64,000 bases of DNA, taken from the NCBI GenBank assembly GCA_963804165.1, contig CAWDPO010000003.1:256359-320358 (forward strand), written 5' to 3'. The notes beneath the pieces were generated by a model, which was not told the DNA's origin, did not search any database, and saw only the letters and a list, made by a program, of their open reading frames with translations. Shown here one piece after another: positions 49,993 to 59,827 of this stretch. A program made the translations under genes and the position numbers. The DNA is from an uncultured delta proteobacterium. Its GTDB lineage: Bacteria > Desulfobacterota > Binatia > UBA9968. The stretch's first letter is position 1. Each line of letters begins with the position of its first letter.

Positions 49993-50895
49993 TCATAATT
50001 TTTGCAGCTTGGCGACGATCAGTTTTTTGACCAGCTCGACGTTAGCCCTGGGAGTCGTGCGGTGCCGTTGCACGAGCATAATATGAGCGGCGGGCAATTG
50101 GATATCCTTCACGGTAAGTTTCCTGAGCGCACCACTACGCATCTCACTTTGCACGACAAATTGTGGCAGCACGGCAACTCCGAGTCCCGCCTTCGCCGCT
50201 TCGGTTCTACCTTGAAGGGTGCTGATTTGCAGCGTTGCCGAAGGTTCAGGTAAACCGCTTTGTCCACTGAGCTGATCGAGCATTTCCGAATAGCCGTCGC
50301 CGCGGATGCCCATAATGAAACGGGTTTTCTCTAATTGCTGCGCCGAAACGCTTTTTCGCCTTGCCAAGGGGTGCTTGGGCGAAGTCACCAGGCACAAAGG
50401 CTCAGGCCTGAGGGACGTAATCTTGAAACCCTTCGGCGGCAAATCCGAGAGCACCACGGCAAAATCGAGCGCGCCTTCCTGCAGCATCTGATAGGTCAGC
50501 GCGCGCGGTTGCGTGATCAGCAATATTTTAAGCTTCGAGAAGTTCTTGAGGATTCCTTGAACGATCTTCGGCAATAAAAAAGTTCCCACGGCTCGCGTCG
50601 CGCCGATTTTTACTTCGCCGAGACTGCCGGTGCTGAGATTTTTGAGTGAGTGGGACAACTCGTCCACTCTTGCGATGATCTCCTTGGCATAACCGAAAAA
50701 GATTTCTCCCGCTTCAGTCAATTTGAGCGGGCGTTGGGACCTGTCGATGAGTTTGATGCCGGCTTGCTCCTCGAGCTTGGCGACCTGGGTGCTGGTCGCC
50801 GATTGCGATTTGTGCAGTTTGCCGCTGGCGATGCTGAAGCTTTTGCATGTCGCCAGAGTGATAAAAGTCCGCAAAGAATCGGTCGAAAGGTCCAT
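49993..50895 (-). CDS. LysR-family transcriptional regulator
   Basis: SFSIASGKLHKSQSATSTQVAKLE HTH; LTEAGE; GLGVAVLP. Confidence 0.92.
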   Translation of the reverse strand: MDLSTDSLRTFITLATCKSFSIASGKLHKSQSATSTQVAKLEEQAGIKLIDRSQRPLKLTEAGEIFFGYAKEIIARVDELSHSLKNLSTGSLGEVKIGATRAVGTFLLPKIVQGILKNFSKLKILLITQPRALTYQMLQEGALDFAVVLSDLPPKGFKITSLRPEPLCLVTSPKHPLARRKSVSAQQLEKTRFIMGIRGDGYSEMLDQLSGQSGLPEPSATLQISTLQGRTEAAKAGLGVAVLPQFVVQSEMRSGALRKLTVKDIQLPAAHIMLVQRHRTTPRANVELVKKLIVAKLQKL

Positions 50896-50960
50896 CGATA
50901 AATCGAATACTATTATCAAAAGAACGTGATTGACAACGATGGACCGCTACGCCAATACTG
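50894..50960 (+). promoter_or_regulatory. Divergent control region: LysR T-N11-A box and TTGACA promoter
   Basis: ATCGATAAATCGAAT at the lysR start; TTGACA at 50930 facing the catabolic operon. Confidence 0.5.
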
Positions 50961-51019
50961 CGCCGACGTTGGACCTCCGCGCCTCGTCGCAGTTTCCGTT
51001 CTATTGAAAGGGACAATTG

Positions 51020-52018
51020 ATGAAGAGTTTGGCTTTGATCGGGTTGGTTATTTTCCTGACAATGTCAGCGAACCTTAATGCGCAAGATTCTCGACTCCAG
51101 CGCGTCAATTTCTCCTATCCTTCGCTGACCAAAACCCGCGTTGCTTTGTGGATCGCAAAGGATACGGGCATCTTCGAGAAATACGGTCTCAACGTGAACC
51201 TTCTGGTGATCCGTTCTGGCAATACGGCAGTGAGCGCTCTCATCACCGGGGAGATTGACGTCCTCGGCGGCCCGGCTTCAACTTCGATGTTGGCAACGGA
51301 AGCCGGGTTGCCGGTGGTGATTATAGGGACGTTCGGTCCGGCGTCGAGGAAACTCGTGGTGCCGGCGCGAATTCAGTCGGCTGAAGAATTGCGCGGCAAA
51401 ACCATAGGGGTCAGTAATTTTGGCACGATTATCGATTTCTCCGTCCGGCGCGCGTTGCCGAAGCTCGGTTTGTCTGTGAAGGACGTGAACATTATTCCGA
51501 CCGGCCTGAGCCAACCGGTGCAACGCATGCTGCTCATGTTTCAAGGAAAAATCGACGCCACGCTGGCGAGCGATGATGAGATCTATGCGATCGAAGCGAT
51601 GGGTCACAAGGTCCGAGTGCTGGCGGAGTTGCGCGATCTCGGGGTTTACAGCAGCTACAGCGATCTGTCGGTAACGCGCGAATTTCTCAAGAATCGCCGC
51701 GGCGTGGTGAAGTCGTTTCTGATGGGATTCAGCGAGGCCATCAGCGTCGCGAAAAAGAATAAGGACGTGGCGATCAAGGCCTTTCGCAAGTACCTCAAAG
51801 CCGAAGACCCTAAACTGCTGGATCTTATGTATAAGGAGTACGTTACGGACGCCGCTCCGGTGATTCCTTATCCGCTCACCGAGGCGATCAAGACCGACAT
51901 CGACATACTCAGCGCCACGCGGCCCGGCTTCAAGAACAAAACGCCCATGGATTTCACGGATGTCTCGCTGATCAAAGAACTGGAGAGCGAAGGTTTTTAC
52001 GCGAAGCTTAACCGTTAA
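51020..52018 (+). CDS. ABC substrate-binding protein, NMT1/THI5-like
   Basis: Signal peptide; FEKYGLNV, ELRGKTIGVS. Confidence 0.88.
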   Translation: MKSLALIGLVIFLTMSANLNAQDSRLQRVNFSYPSLTKTRVALWIAKDTGIFEKYGLNVNLLVIRSGNTAVSALITGEIDVLGGPASTSMLATEAGLPVVIIGTFGPASRKLVVPARIQSAEELRGKTIGVSNFGTIIDFSVRRALPKLGLSVKDVNIIPTGLSQPVQRMLLMFQGKIDATLASDDEIYAIEAMGHKVRVLAELRDLGVYSSYSDLSVTREFLKNRRGVVKSFLMGFSEAISVAKKNKDVAIKAFRKYLKAEDPKLLDLMYKEYVTDAAPVIPYPLTEAIKTDIDILSATRPGFKNKTPMDFTDVSLIKELESEGFYAKLNR

Positions 52019-52072
52019 AACCAGGGTGAGAAGCGCCGTCGCGCAAGATCCGCAGAGAGGAGGTCTCGATCA

Positions 52073-53086
52073 TTGGCTCGATTGAAGCTTAGTTTTGCCG
52101 TGGAGCGCAGTGAGCGGACGCAGCCGCTCATCGATGGTACGATCCAGCCGGAAGGCATCGAATTGGTGCCGATCGTCGCCGATCCCTCGGAGATCTTTTG
52201 GCGCCAGTTGAAATTTCAGGAGTTCGAAATCTCCGCGCTGTCCTTTTCCTCGTACATGATCATTAAGTCTCAGGGTACGGACATGATGGCTGTACCGGTA
52301 TTTCCGGCGCGGCGGTTTATGCACACCCAGCTTTTCGTGCACGCGGATGCCGGGATCAAAGAACCGGCGGATTTGGTCGGCAAGAGGATCGGCGTGGGCG
52401 AATACCAGCAAACCGCCGCGCTGTGGACGCGCCGAACCTTGGAGCATGATTTCGGCGTGTCTCAGTACAAGGTCCACTGGTTCATGGAGAGAACTGAAGA
52501 GCTGAGCCACGGCGGCGCCACCGGCTTCACGCCGCCGAAAGGAATTTCATTCCAAAGAATTCCGCCTGAGAAGAGTCTGGCTTCGATGTTGCTCAATCGC
52601 GAGCTCGACGCGGGGCCGGTTCATCGAGCCTTGCAAAAAGGCACCAACATCATCGATCGATCGACGCACAATCGAGGCGCGGGCGGCGATTGGAGCAAGA
52701 TCAAACCGCTCTTCCCGGATATCATTGCCGAGGGCGCCCGGTTCTTCAAAGCTCACGGCTACGTGCCGGCGAGCCACACTTATGTGATCAGAGGCGATAT
52801 CCAGGAAAAATTTCCATGGGTCGCATTCAGCTTATACGAGGCGTTTGTTCGGGCGAAGGATGTGGCGCGGGAGCGGCTGGCGCAGGACACTCCGTCCGGG
52901 CTGATCTTTGGCCAGCAGTACTTGGCCCAAACCAAGAAAATATTGGGCGACGATCCGTTCCCGTATGGTGTGGCGGCCAATCGGCAAATGATAGAGACGC
53001 TCGTCGAGGCTTCCTACGAGCAAGGCTTGACCGCCCGTAAGCTCGAGGTCGGCGAACTGTTTGCGGCGAGCACGTCGGAAGTTTGA
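52073..53086 (+). CDS. 4,5-dihydroxyphthalate decarboxylase-like protein (SBP fold)
   Basis: RTQPLIDG, EIFWRQL, PVFPARRFMH, GVGEYQQTAALW, DPFPYG; GAGGAGG RBS + TTG. Confidence 0.82.
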   Translation: MARLKLSFAVERSERTQPLIDGTIQPEGIELVPIVADPSEIFWRQLKFQEFEISALSFSSYMIIKSQGTDMMAVPVFPARRFMHTQLFVHADAGIKEPADLVGKRIGVGEYQQTAALWTRRTLEHDFGVSQYKVHWFMERTEELSHGGATGFTPPKGISFQRIPPEKSLASMLLNRELDAGPVHRALQKGTNIIDRSTHNRGAGGDWSKIKPLFPDIIAEGARFFKAHGYVPASHTYVIRGDIQEKFPWVAFSLYEAFVRAKDVARERLAQDTPSGLIFGQQYLAQTKKILGDDPFPYGVAANRQMIETLVEASYEQGLTARKLEVGELFAASTSEV

Positions 53087-53111
53087 AGTGGCGCGAAATC
53101 TTGAGGCAACA

Positions 53112-54101
53112 ATGAAGCGACAGCTGATCGTACACTTCTTGTGCTGGCTGGTGTTGCTGGCGTGGATATCGCCGGCCGTGGCTGCCGTGGCGAAGCCCAC
53201 CAATGTGCGCGTCGGCCTGCCCGGCCGGTTGTCGTCTAATTGGCCGCTTTATGTCGCCGCGGACCGCGGCTTTTTTAATCAAGAAGGGCTCAACGTCGAG
53301 CTGATCGCCATGCGCAACGCGACGATCCAAGTGCAGGCGCTGATTGCCGGCGATCTGCAATTCAATCACAGCTCGGTGGATTCAACGGCGCGGGCTTTCA
53401 CCGCGGGCGCGCCGTTACGCTTCATCGGCGCGGCGCAGCATAAGCCGAGCTTTCGCTTGCTCGCCGGCAAAGACGTCAAAGACTGGAGTTCGTTACGCGG
53501 CACGTTCGTCGCTGCCGGCGCGCCCGGCGGTCTCACTCATGCTCTCGTGGCGGCGATGCTGGATGCTCACGGTCTCAAGAAGGGCGACTATGACATTTTG
53601 AGCATGGGCCTCGACAGTGACCGGGCCGGCGCGCTCAAGGCCGGCCGCGTGCAAGCGACCCTGTTGATTCAGCCGACGGATTTCGGCTTGCTCGACGAGG
53701 GCTTTCGCTCCATGGGATTCGTCGGCGATTTTCTGAAAGATTGTGAATACAACGGTTACGTCGTCAACGGCCAATGGGCCAAGGACAATAACCCGACCGT
53801 GGTGGCGTTCATGCGTGCGGTTCTCAAATCGCTTCACTGGCTGCACAATCCCGCCAACCGGCAAGAGGCGATCAAGATTCATGCGCGCTATATTCCGTTC
53901 AAACCGGAGTGGCTGGAAAAAATTCACGACATGCTGATTCGGGAAAAGATGCTCAGCGTCGATGGAAGACCGAACGCCAAAGGCATCGAGAATCTTCTGC
54001 AGATCTCAGTCAAGTACGGCAGCGGCATGGCGGCGGTGCCGCCGTTGGATAAGTGGGTCGATCTCACTTTTCTCGATCGCGCTGCGGCATCGCTCAAGTA
54101 G
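53112..54101 (+). CDS. ABC substrate-binding protein, NMT1/THI5-like
   Basis: Signal peptide; GFFNQEGLNVEL. Confidence 0.88.
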   Translation: MKRQLIVHFLCWLVLLAWISPAVAAVAKPTNVRVGLPGRLSSNWPLYVAADRGFFNQEGLNVELIAMRNATIQVQALIAGDLQFNHSSVDSTARAFTAGAPLRFIGAAQHKPSFRLLAGKDVKDWSSLRGTFVAAGAPGGLTHALVAAMLDAHGLKKGDYDILSMGLDSDRAGALKAGRVQATLLIQPTDFGLLDEGFRSMGFVGDFLKDCEYNGYVVNGQWAKDNNPTVVAFMRAVLKSLHWLHNPANRQEAIKIHARYIPFKPEWLEKIHDMLIREKMLSVDGRPNAKGIENLLQISVKYGSGMAAVPPLDKWVDLTFLDRAAASLK

Positions 54102-54162
54102 AGGAAATTTTCGCGGCTCAATTGTTACGTGATTGAGCTCAGCTTTCAGAAGCGACGAAACC

Positions 54163-55101
54163 ATGCAGCAATCCATACGATTCGGCATTGCCATTCCCCA
54201 AGCCTTCGGTAGCGCGTCCGTCGATGTGGCGCTGGTTGACAATTTTCTCCGCAGGGCCGACGAGCTTGGCTATCACAGCCTCTGGGTGCAAGAGGTTATC
54301 GATGCCGGCCTGCTCGAGCCGGTATCGTTGTTGACGTATGCTGCGGCATTGACGCGGCGCGTGCGTTTGGGTAGCGCGATCTTGCTCACGACGTTGCGCA
54401 GTCCTTTGCATCTGGCCAAGACCCTTTCCACGCTCGATAACCTGAGCCGCGGCAGATTGATTGTCGGCGTCGGGTTGGGCAGCAACACGGAGGTTTATCC
54501 TGGCTACGGCATCTCCGCCGAGAAACGCTTGGGCCGCTTCCTCGAGGGTATCGATTTAATCAAAACGCTTTGGACGGAGGACAAAGTAAACCGCGACGGC
54601 CCGTTCTGGAAACTGGTCGACGAACGAGTCGAGCCCAAGCCGATGCAAGAGCCGCATCCGCCGCTCTGGTTCGGCGGCGGTCATCCCAACGCCTTGCGCC
54701 GAGCGGTGCAACTCGGCAGCGGCTGGCTCGGTGGCAGGACGTCGACGGAAAAGTTCAAAGCCCATGTGGCCGGTGTGCGACGGAATCTCGACGAACTCAA
54801 CCGCGATCTCAACGATTTCATGATCGGCAAGCGCACTTATATCGCCGTCGACAAGAACAAAGCTCGCGCCGAGCAGAAGCTCAATCAATGGTTCGGCGAG
54901 GTTTATAACGTTCGCGATATCGCCAACACTACAGCGATCTACGGGGGTGCGCAGGAGTGCGTCGACAAACTCGGGGAAATTGTTCTGGCCGGGGCCAAAT
55001 TGCTGATTCTGAATCCGATCTCCGATCATTTGGAACATTTAGAAACTCTGGCAAGCGACGTTTTGCCGAAGATCGATGCGACTTGGAAGTCGACGGCATA
55101 G
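54163..55101 (+). CDS. LLM-class flavin-dependent oxidoreductase
   Basis: LGYHSLWVQE, LAKTLSTLDNLSRGRLIVGVG, PKPMQEPHPPLWFGG. Confidence 0.9.
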   Translation: MQQSIRFGIAIPQAFGSASVDVALVDNFLRRADELGYHSLWVQEVIDAGLLEPVSLLTYAAALTRRVRLGSAILLTTLRSPLHLAKTLSTLDNLSRGRLIVGVGLGSNTEVYPGYGISAEKRLGRFLEGIDLIKTLWTEDKVNRDGPFWKLVDERVEPKPMQEPHPPLWFGGGHPNALRRAVQLGSGWLGGRTSTEKFKAHVAGVRRNLDELNRDLNDFMIGKRTYIAVDKNKARAEQKLNQWFGEVYNVRDIANTTAIYGGAQECVDKLGEIVLAGAKLLILNPISDHLEHLETLASDVLPKIDATWKSTA

Positions 55102-55150
55102 GAGAGTTTCCGGGCAAGAGAGTGTGTCGCAATATGAGAGATCACGTGGA

Positions 55151-55250
55151 TATCATGCTGAGTCCTTCGGTGGCACTCAGGATAAACTCCGCGAAGCATC
55201 TCGAAAAAGCTGATTCGAAGCAGATTCTTCGGCTGGGCCTCAGAATGACA
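55151..55250. repeat. REP cluster of the TGTCATTCTGAG family
   Basis: TATCATGCTGAG..GCGAAGCATCT and AGATTCTTCGGCTGGGCCTCAGAATGACA. Confidence 0.75.
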
Positions 55251-55283
55251 TTCTGGCACAGTCCCTAGAAGCAGGAGGATAAA

Positions 55284-56324
55284 ATGTCTACGACTATGTT
55301 ATACGTTTCCGGCGACAGCGGCGTGGCAACATTAAAAAAGAACGGCGGAGACTGGAAACTGGAATCCCATGGGCTACAGGATTGGGCCGTGCCGAAAGTC
55401 GGCGTGACCCAGTCAAAACCGGGACGAATCTTCGCCGGCACAAGAGGAGACGGCGTCTGGGTCAGCGAGGATTTCGGCGCCAAGTGGACCAAGCCTTGTT
55501 ACGGCAAACACGGCCCCGGCAAAGTGCGTTGCGTCGCGATCCATCCCCGCGAACCGGACACGATTTACGCCGGCGGTGAGCCGATCGACATTTACTTGAG
55601 CACCGACGCGGCGAAAAGTTGGACCCGATTGGATGCCGCACGCAACACACCGGGGGTCGCGGGATTTGGCTACCCATTGACCAACGTCGAGCCCCACGTG
55701 CGAGACATCATTTTCGATGTCGGCAATCCGGATACTCTTTATGCCGCGCTGCAAGTCGGCTTCATGCTCAAGAGCTCGGACGGCGGCAAGACCTGGAAGC
55801 TGCTCGACAAAGGTCTCGACGCCGACGTACATGCCATCGTCGTCGACCCGCAGAATTCGAATCGGCTATTCATAGCCAGCGGCGGCGATTCGTACCGCGC
55901 GGGGCAGGCTCCGGGAAGATCGCTTTACATGAGCGAAGACGGCGGCGAGTCGTGGTCGCCTACGGCGATGAATTTCAACGAAGAATATTCAGTGCCGCTG
56001 GTCATGCATCCGAAAGACCCGAAGATTCTTTACACGGCGCTGGCGCACGGAAGTCCCGGCTCGTGGCGGCGGTCGACCGGCGCCGAGTCCTACCTGCTCA
56101 AGACCACAGACGGTGGCAAGAGCTGGCAAAAACTCGACGGTGGTCCCAATGACGGCGGCAAGAGTTTTACCGAAGTTCTGGCGATTGACGAGGAGTCCCC
56201 CAATCAGATGTACGCCGGCACGCGCGGCGGCGATATCTATTCCAGCGACGATTGCGGTGAGAGCTGGCGCAAACTCGATATCAAAGTTTCGTCGATTTCG
56301 GACATGAGATGTGTTCACGCGTGA
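55284..56324 (+). CDS. BNR/Asp-box beta-propeller protein (YCF48/sialidase-like), no signal peptide
   Basis: Repeated SxDxGxxW boxes. Confidence 0.85.
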   Translation: MSTTMLYVSGDSGVATLKKNGGDWKLESHGLQDWAVPKVGVTQSKPGRIFAGTRGDGVWVSEDFGAKWTKPCYGKHGPGKVRCVAIHPREPDTIYAGGEPIDIYLSTDAAKSWTRLDAARNTPGVAGFGYPLTNVEPHVRDIIFDVGNPDTLYAALQVGFMLKSSDGGKTWKLLDKGLDADVHAIVVDPQNSNRLFIASGGDSYRAGQAPGRSLYMSEDGGESWSPTAMNFNEEYSVPLVMHPKDPKILYTALAHGSPGSWRRSTGAESYLLKTTDGGKSWQKLDGGPNDGGKSFTEVLAIDEESPNQMYAGTRGGDIYSSDDCGESWRKLDIKVSSISDMRCVHA

Positions 56325-56373
56325 GCGGTGGGCGAATTGATCGGAACAATTCGGTTTGACGGTTTAGGCCTGA

Positions 56374-56434
56374 TGTAGGGGCGGACCTGCGTGTTCGCCC
56401 TTCGGACGGGCGACCACATTAGGTCGCCCCTACA
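56374..56434. repeat. GTAG-family REP doublet (REPIN)
   Basis: TGTAGGGGCGGACCTGCGTGTTCGCCC ... GGGCGACCACATTAGGTCGCCCCTACA. Confidence 0.82.
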
Positions 56435-56487
56435 AGATTCTGCGAAATCAGACCCATCACCAATTTTGGCGTGAGAGAAGGGTATAA

Positions 56488-57780
56488 ATGGAAACGAATC
56501 ATAGACTTTCGGGGAAATATGCCATCGCCGGTCTCGGCATGGTGATCGGCGTTCCGGAAAAAGAACTTGCGGAGCGCAGAGCTGCGCTGCCGAACCATCC
56601 GATGCTGGCGAATGCGGTGGCGTCGCCGCTCGGCGATCTCGTCGCCAAAGATCTTGAAGCCGAAGCCGCGAGGCGGGCCATCGAGGACGCCGGTTTGTCG
56701 AATACAGATATCGACGGCGCCGTGCACGTTCACGGCGGGCCGCGCAGCGGCGGCGGCACGACGACGCATCTCGACGCGTTTCCACGCATGCTGGGATGCC
56801 CGGTTAATTTTTATTACCTAGTCGGACGCGGCGGTGCCTGGGGTACTATGGGCATCGTCAGCGCGCTGTCGTTTCTCGAGCTTGGCTTGGCGAAGTATGT
56901 GGTGATCGCCGGTTCGACGGAAGACTGGACGCGCAGCCATAGCAACGAATTTCGCGGCCAGGGCAATCGCGGTCACATTCAACCGTCGACCGTCAGCAGC
57001 ATGTGGAGTTTGCCCTTCGGCCGCACCGCGGCGGCGCACGAGCACAGCATGTTCGCGTCGCGTCACCGATACCAATACGGCACCACCGAGCGGCAGTTCG
57101 GCGCGGCGGCCGTGCAGGTGCGGGAGTGGGCGTGCAAGAATCCGCTGGCGCGCATGTACGGACGACCGGCGACCATCGAAGAGTATGAAGCGTCGCCGAG
57201 TTACATCTGGCCGTATCACGTGATGGACATGGCGGTGTCGTCCGACGGCGCCATTGCGTTTGTTCTCACTTCCGTGGAGCGCGCGCGCGATTGCGCGAAA
57301 AAGCCCGTGGGCGTCATGGGCATCGGCTTCGGCGATTCCCAAGGCGGCCAGTGGTGGGAAGGCGCTGATCACTACACCAAGCTGCCGGTGGCAAAGGCCA
57401 AGGCAGCGGCGTTCGGTCAAGCCGGCATTCAATTGTCCGACGTGGACGTGGCGGAACTCTACGATTGCTTCACGGCGGAATTGATCATGCAGATGGAGGA
57501 CTACGGTTGGTGCGCGAAAGGAGAGGGTGGACCCTTCGTCGAGGCCGGCCATATCGGTCCCGGCGGCGATACTCCGGTGAATACCAGTGGCGGACTGCTC
57601 TCGGCGTATCACCTAGCCGATCTTACCGGCATCTCAGAGTCGGTTTTTCAATTGCGTGGTGAAGGCTTGGAACGGCAAGTCGACGGCGCGCGGGTGGCAT
57701 TGGTGAGCGGTCACGGCGGCGAAGTTATTTCTCCCGGCATGTGTTCGCTTCATTCGAGTCTGGTCTTGGGCGTGTACTAA
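56488..57780 (+). CDS. Thiolase-superfamily protein (SCP2/Ltp2-like)
   Basis: NPLA, SDGA, ELYDCFT, PVNTSGGLLS, QLRG..RQV; GRGGAWG in place of the N-terminal catalytic Cys. Confidence 0.88.
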   Translation: METNHRLSGKYAIAGLGMVIGVPEKELAERRAALPNHPMLANAVASPLGDLVAKDLEAEAARRAIEDAGLSNTDIDGAVHVHGGPRSGGGTTTHLDAFPRMLGCPVNFYYLVGRGGAWGTMGIVSALSFLELGLAKYVVIAGSTEDWTRSHSNEFRGQGNRGHIQPSTVSSMWSLPFGRTAAAHEHSMFASRHRYQYGTTERQFGAAAVQVREWACKNPLARMYGRPATIEEYEASPSYIWPYHVMDMAVSSDGAIAFVLTSVERARDCAKKPVGVMGIGFGDSQGGQWWEGADHYTKLPVAKAKAAAFGQAGIQLSDVDVAELYDCFTAELIMQMEDYGWCAKGEGGPFVEAGHIGPGGDTPVNTSGGLLSAYHLADLTGISESVFQLRGEGLERQVDGARVALVSGHGGEVISPGMCSLHSSLVLGVY

Positions 57781-57869
57781 CGAGCTCGGTTACTGGGGTG
57801 TTAAGCAAATTAGTGGAGGAGAGATTCTTCGCCTTCGGCTCATCTATGAAAGCTTTGTCAAGGTATCTG

Positions 57870-58048
57870 TTAGTCACATATTGTTTTTTCTTCTCATGGT
57901 TTCGAATACACCAGTACTTATCGTCCGTGGCAAAGCGTACCCGATGTTATCGGACTCATCTATTCGCCGTCTAAAGCGGCAGAGAAAAATGCCACAGGGC
58001 TGTCGCAATCAGAATTCGGGTCTCAGTGGACCCATGAGCCGCGCGCGC
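57870..58048 (-). ncRNA. Putative bridge/seek RNA of the IS
   Basis: CGGCTCA-stem-ATTCTGA matches both target strands; ATAGATGA-stem-CGCTTT matches the circle junction; 3' boundary approximate. Confidence 0.75.
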
Positions 58049-59089
58049 TTAGCCCTGCGTGGACGACATCGGTTCGCGATAGCTTTCTCCTTTTTTCAAC
58101 ATCCAGAAACTCGCCTCCGCCAAGTGTCGGGCCACGGCCACAATCGCTTTGCCGTGCCCCCGTCTGGCTTTGACATTTTCATACAGCCGGGCAACGTGTC
58201 GGTACTGGCAGCGCTCGCGGTTGAGCACCGCGCTATTGGCCGCTTCGGTAAAGGCCCACTTCAGATAAAGATTCACATCCTTTCTCACCCGCCCGTAGCG
58301 CACCTTGCCGCCACTGGAGTTCTCCCGGGGTACCAGCCCCGCGTAACTCGCCAGCTGCTCGGCTCGGCCAAAGCGCTCGATCGTACCGATCTCAGTCCAG
58401 ATCACCACCGCCAACATCTCACCCACTCCTGGCTCGCTCTGCAAATAAGTCGTCTCGGCACAGGGAGCAAAGGCTTGGCGCATTTGGCCTTCAATGGTCT
58501 TGAGATTGGCCTGCACATGGTCGAGCTCGTCGAGCATCAATCGCAGCGCTTGTTGGGTGTGCGGTGGCAGCTTGGAGCAAAGCTCTTCGATGATCTGTCG
58601 GCCCCGCTTGCCAAAGGCGTCGCTGACGCCGTCGACCTTGAGCCCGTACTTCTCCAGAGTGGCGTGAATACGGTTCTTGAACTGGGTTCTCTGCTTGCTG
58701 AGCACCATGCGGGTGCGCGGCAGCTCGCGGGCATCACGAACCGCAGACGGCGCAATCCACACCGTCGGCAGGGTTCCGACTCTCTGCAAACGATTCATTC
58801 CCTTCGCATCGAGCTTGTCGCTCTTGTTCACGCTGCCGATCATCAGCTTGGCCAGTCGTGCGTTGACCAGTTGCGGCGATCCTTTCCCCGCCTCGATCTC
58901 ATCGACTACCCAGTACCAGTTGCCCACGGTCTCAACCGCCACCGGGGTTCCCGGACTCCACTTGTTGGTGAAGTTCTTAATCGTTCCTCGACTATGCGCC
59001 AGTTTACACTCAAAGAGCTTCTGGCCTTGGTCATTTTCTACCCGCGCCCAGGTGTAATGCTTATGAACATCCAATGCGACGTATTCCAT
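58049..59089 (-). CDS. IS110-family DEDD recombinase/transposase
   Basis: YVALDVHK, VAVET, KSDKLDA (DEDD); PGVG, YAGLVP, SSGG serine loop; GGAGGAGG RBS. Confidence 0.95.
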   Translation of the reverse strand: MEYVALDVHKHYTWARVENDQGQKLFECKLAHSRGTIKNFTNKWSPGTPVAVETVGNWYWVVDEIEAGKGSPQLVNARLAKLMIGSVNKSDKLDAKGMNRLQRVGTLPTVWIAPSAVRDARELPRTRMVLSKQRTQFKNRIHATLEKYGLKVDGVSDAFGKRGRQIIEELCSKLPPHTQQALRLMLDELDHVQANLKTIEGQMRQAFAPCAETTYLQSEPGVGEMLAVVIWTEIGTIERFGRAEQLASYAGLVPRENSSGGKVRYGRVRKDVNLYLKWAFTEAANSAVLNRERCQYRHVARLYENVKARRGHGKAIVAVARHLAEASFWMLKKGESYREPMSSTQG

Positions 59090-59374
59090 TTGCGATTTCC
59101 TCCTCCAGCCGTCAGTCTATCTACCGACGCTGCGGATTTCATCGCTTTCATATTAATCAGAATGACACTCTGAGTGAGATTGTCGTCTTGGAGGACACGG
59201 GAGTGAAGCTCTGTCGGAGCCCTTCGACCGCGCTCAGGGCGAACGGAAAAGCGCTAAATTTCTGATCAGAGCCTACCGTTCGTGGTGAGCCAAGTCGAAC
59301 CATGAACGGTGTTTCTACAGCTTGACGAAGCGGAGAATCTGCTTTGGTTTGAGTCATTGGTTTGTAAGGAGTCG

Positions 59375-59827
59375 ATGATGGCGTGGAAAAAGCCTGCACC
59401 GTACACCAAAGGAACCTTGCGGCCGTTTTGGGATGGCCTGAAAGAGCGGCGATTCCTTTTACCCAAATGCAACACCTGCGGCACGTGGTATTTCCCCCCG
59501 GCGTTTTGCAAGAATCATAAGAACGAGCCGTTCTTCGGCAGCCTGTCGTGGACGGCAGCGAGCGGGCGCGGCAAAATCGTTGCCTTCAACATTACCAAGA
59601 CCGCGCTGCGTTCGGCTTTCAAGGACGACGTGCCCTACGTGTACGCGTTGATCCGCCTCGACGAAGGGCCGATCATTTCCAGCAACATTATCAACTGCGA
59701 TGCCAGCTCGGTTTATATCGATATGCCGGTCAGCATTGTGTTTTGGAAGATCGAGGATTTGAACTGCACAATTCCCTACTTTGAACCCGATCTCACAGGG
59801 GTTCAGAGCGCGCATGCAAAGCCATGA
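59375..59827 (+). CDS. DUF35 Zn-ribbon/OB-fold protein
   Basis: PFWDG, CNTCG..FPP..FC, SGRGKI, PYVYALIRLDEGP. Confidence 0.9.
   Translation: MMAWKKPAPYTKGTLRPFWDGLKERRFLLPKCNTCGTWYFPPAFCKNHKNEPFFGSLSWTAASGRGKIVAFNITKTALRSAFKDDVPYVYALIRLDEGPIISSNIINCDASSVYIDMPVSIVFWKIEDLNCTIPYFEPDLTGVQSAHAKP

Larger units (their letters stand above)
57840..59159 (-). mobile_element. IS110-family (IS1111-type) insertion sequence, inserted in a REP
   Basis: TGA core at both ends; subterminal IRs TATGAAAGC (59152-59144 minus; 57845-57853 plus); removal restores TGTCATTCTGAGCCGAAGGCGAAGAATCT. Confidence 0.9.

Noticed and set aside
57881-59173. 430-aa plus-strand ORF
   Set aside because: Antisense shadow of the IS110 recombinase with no recognisable motifs
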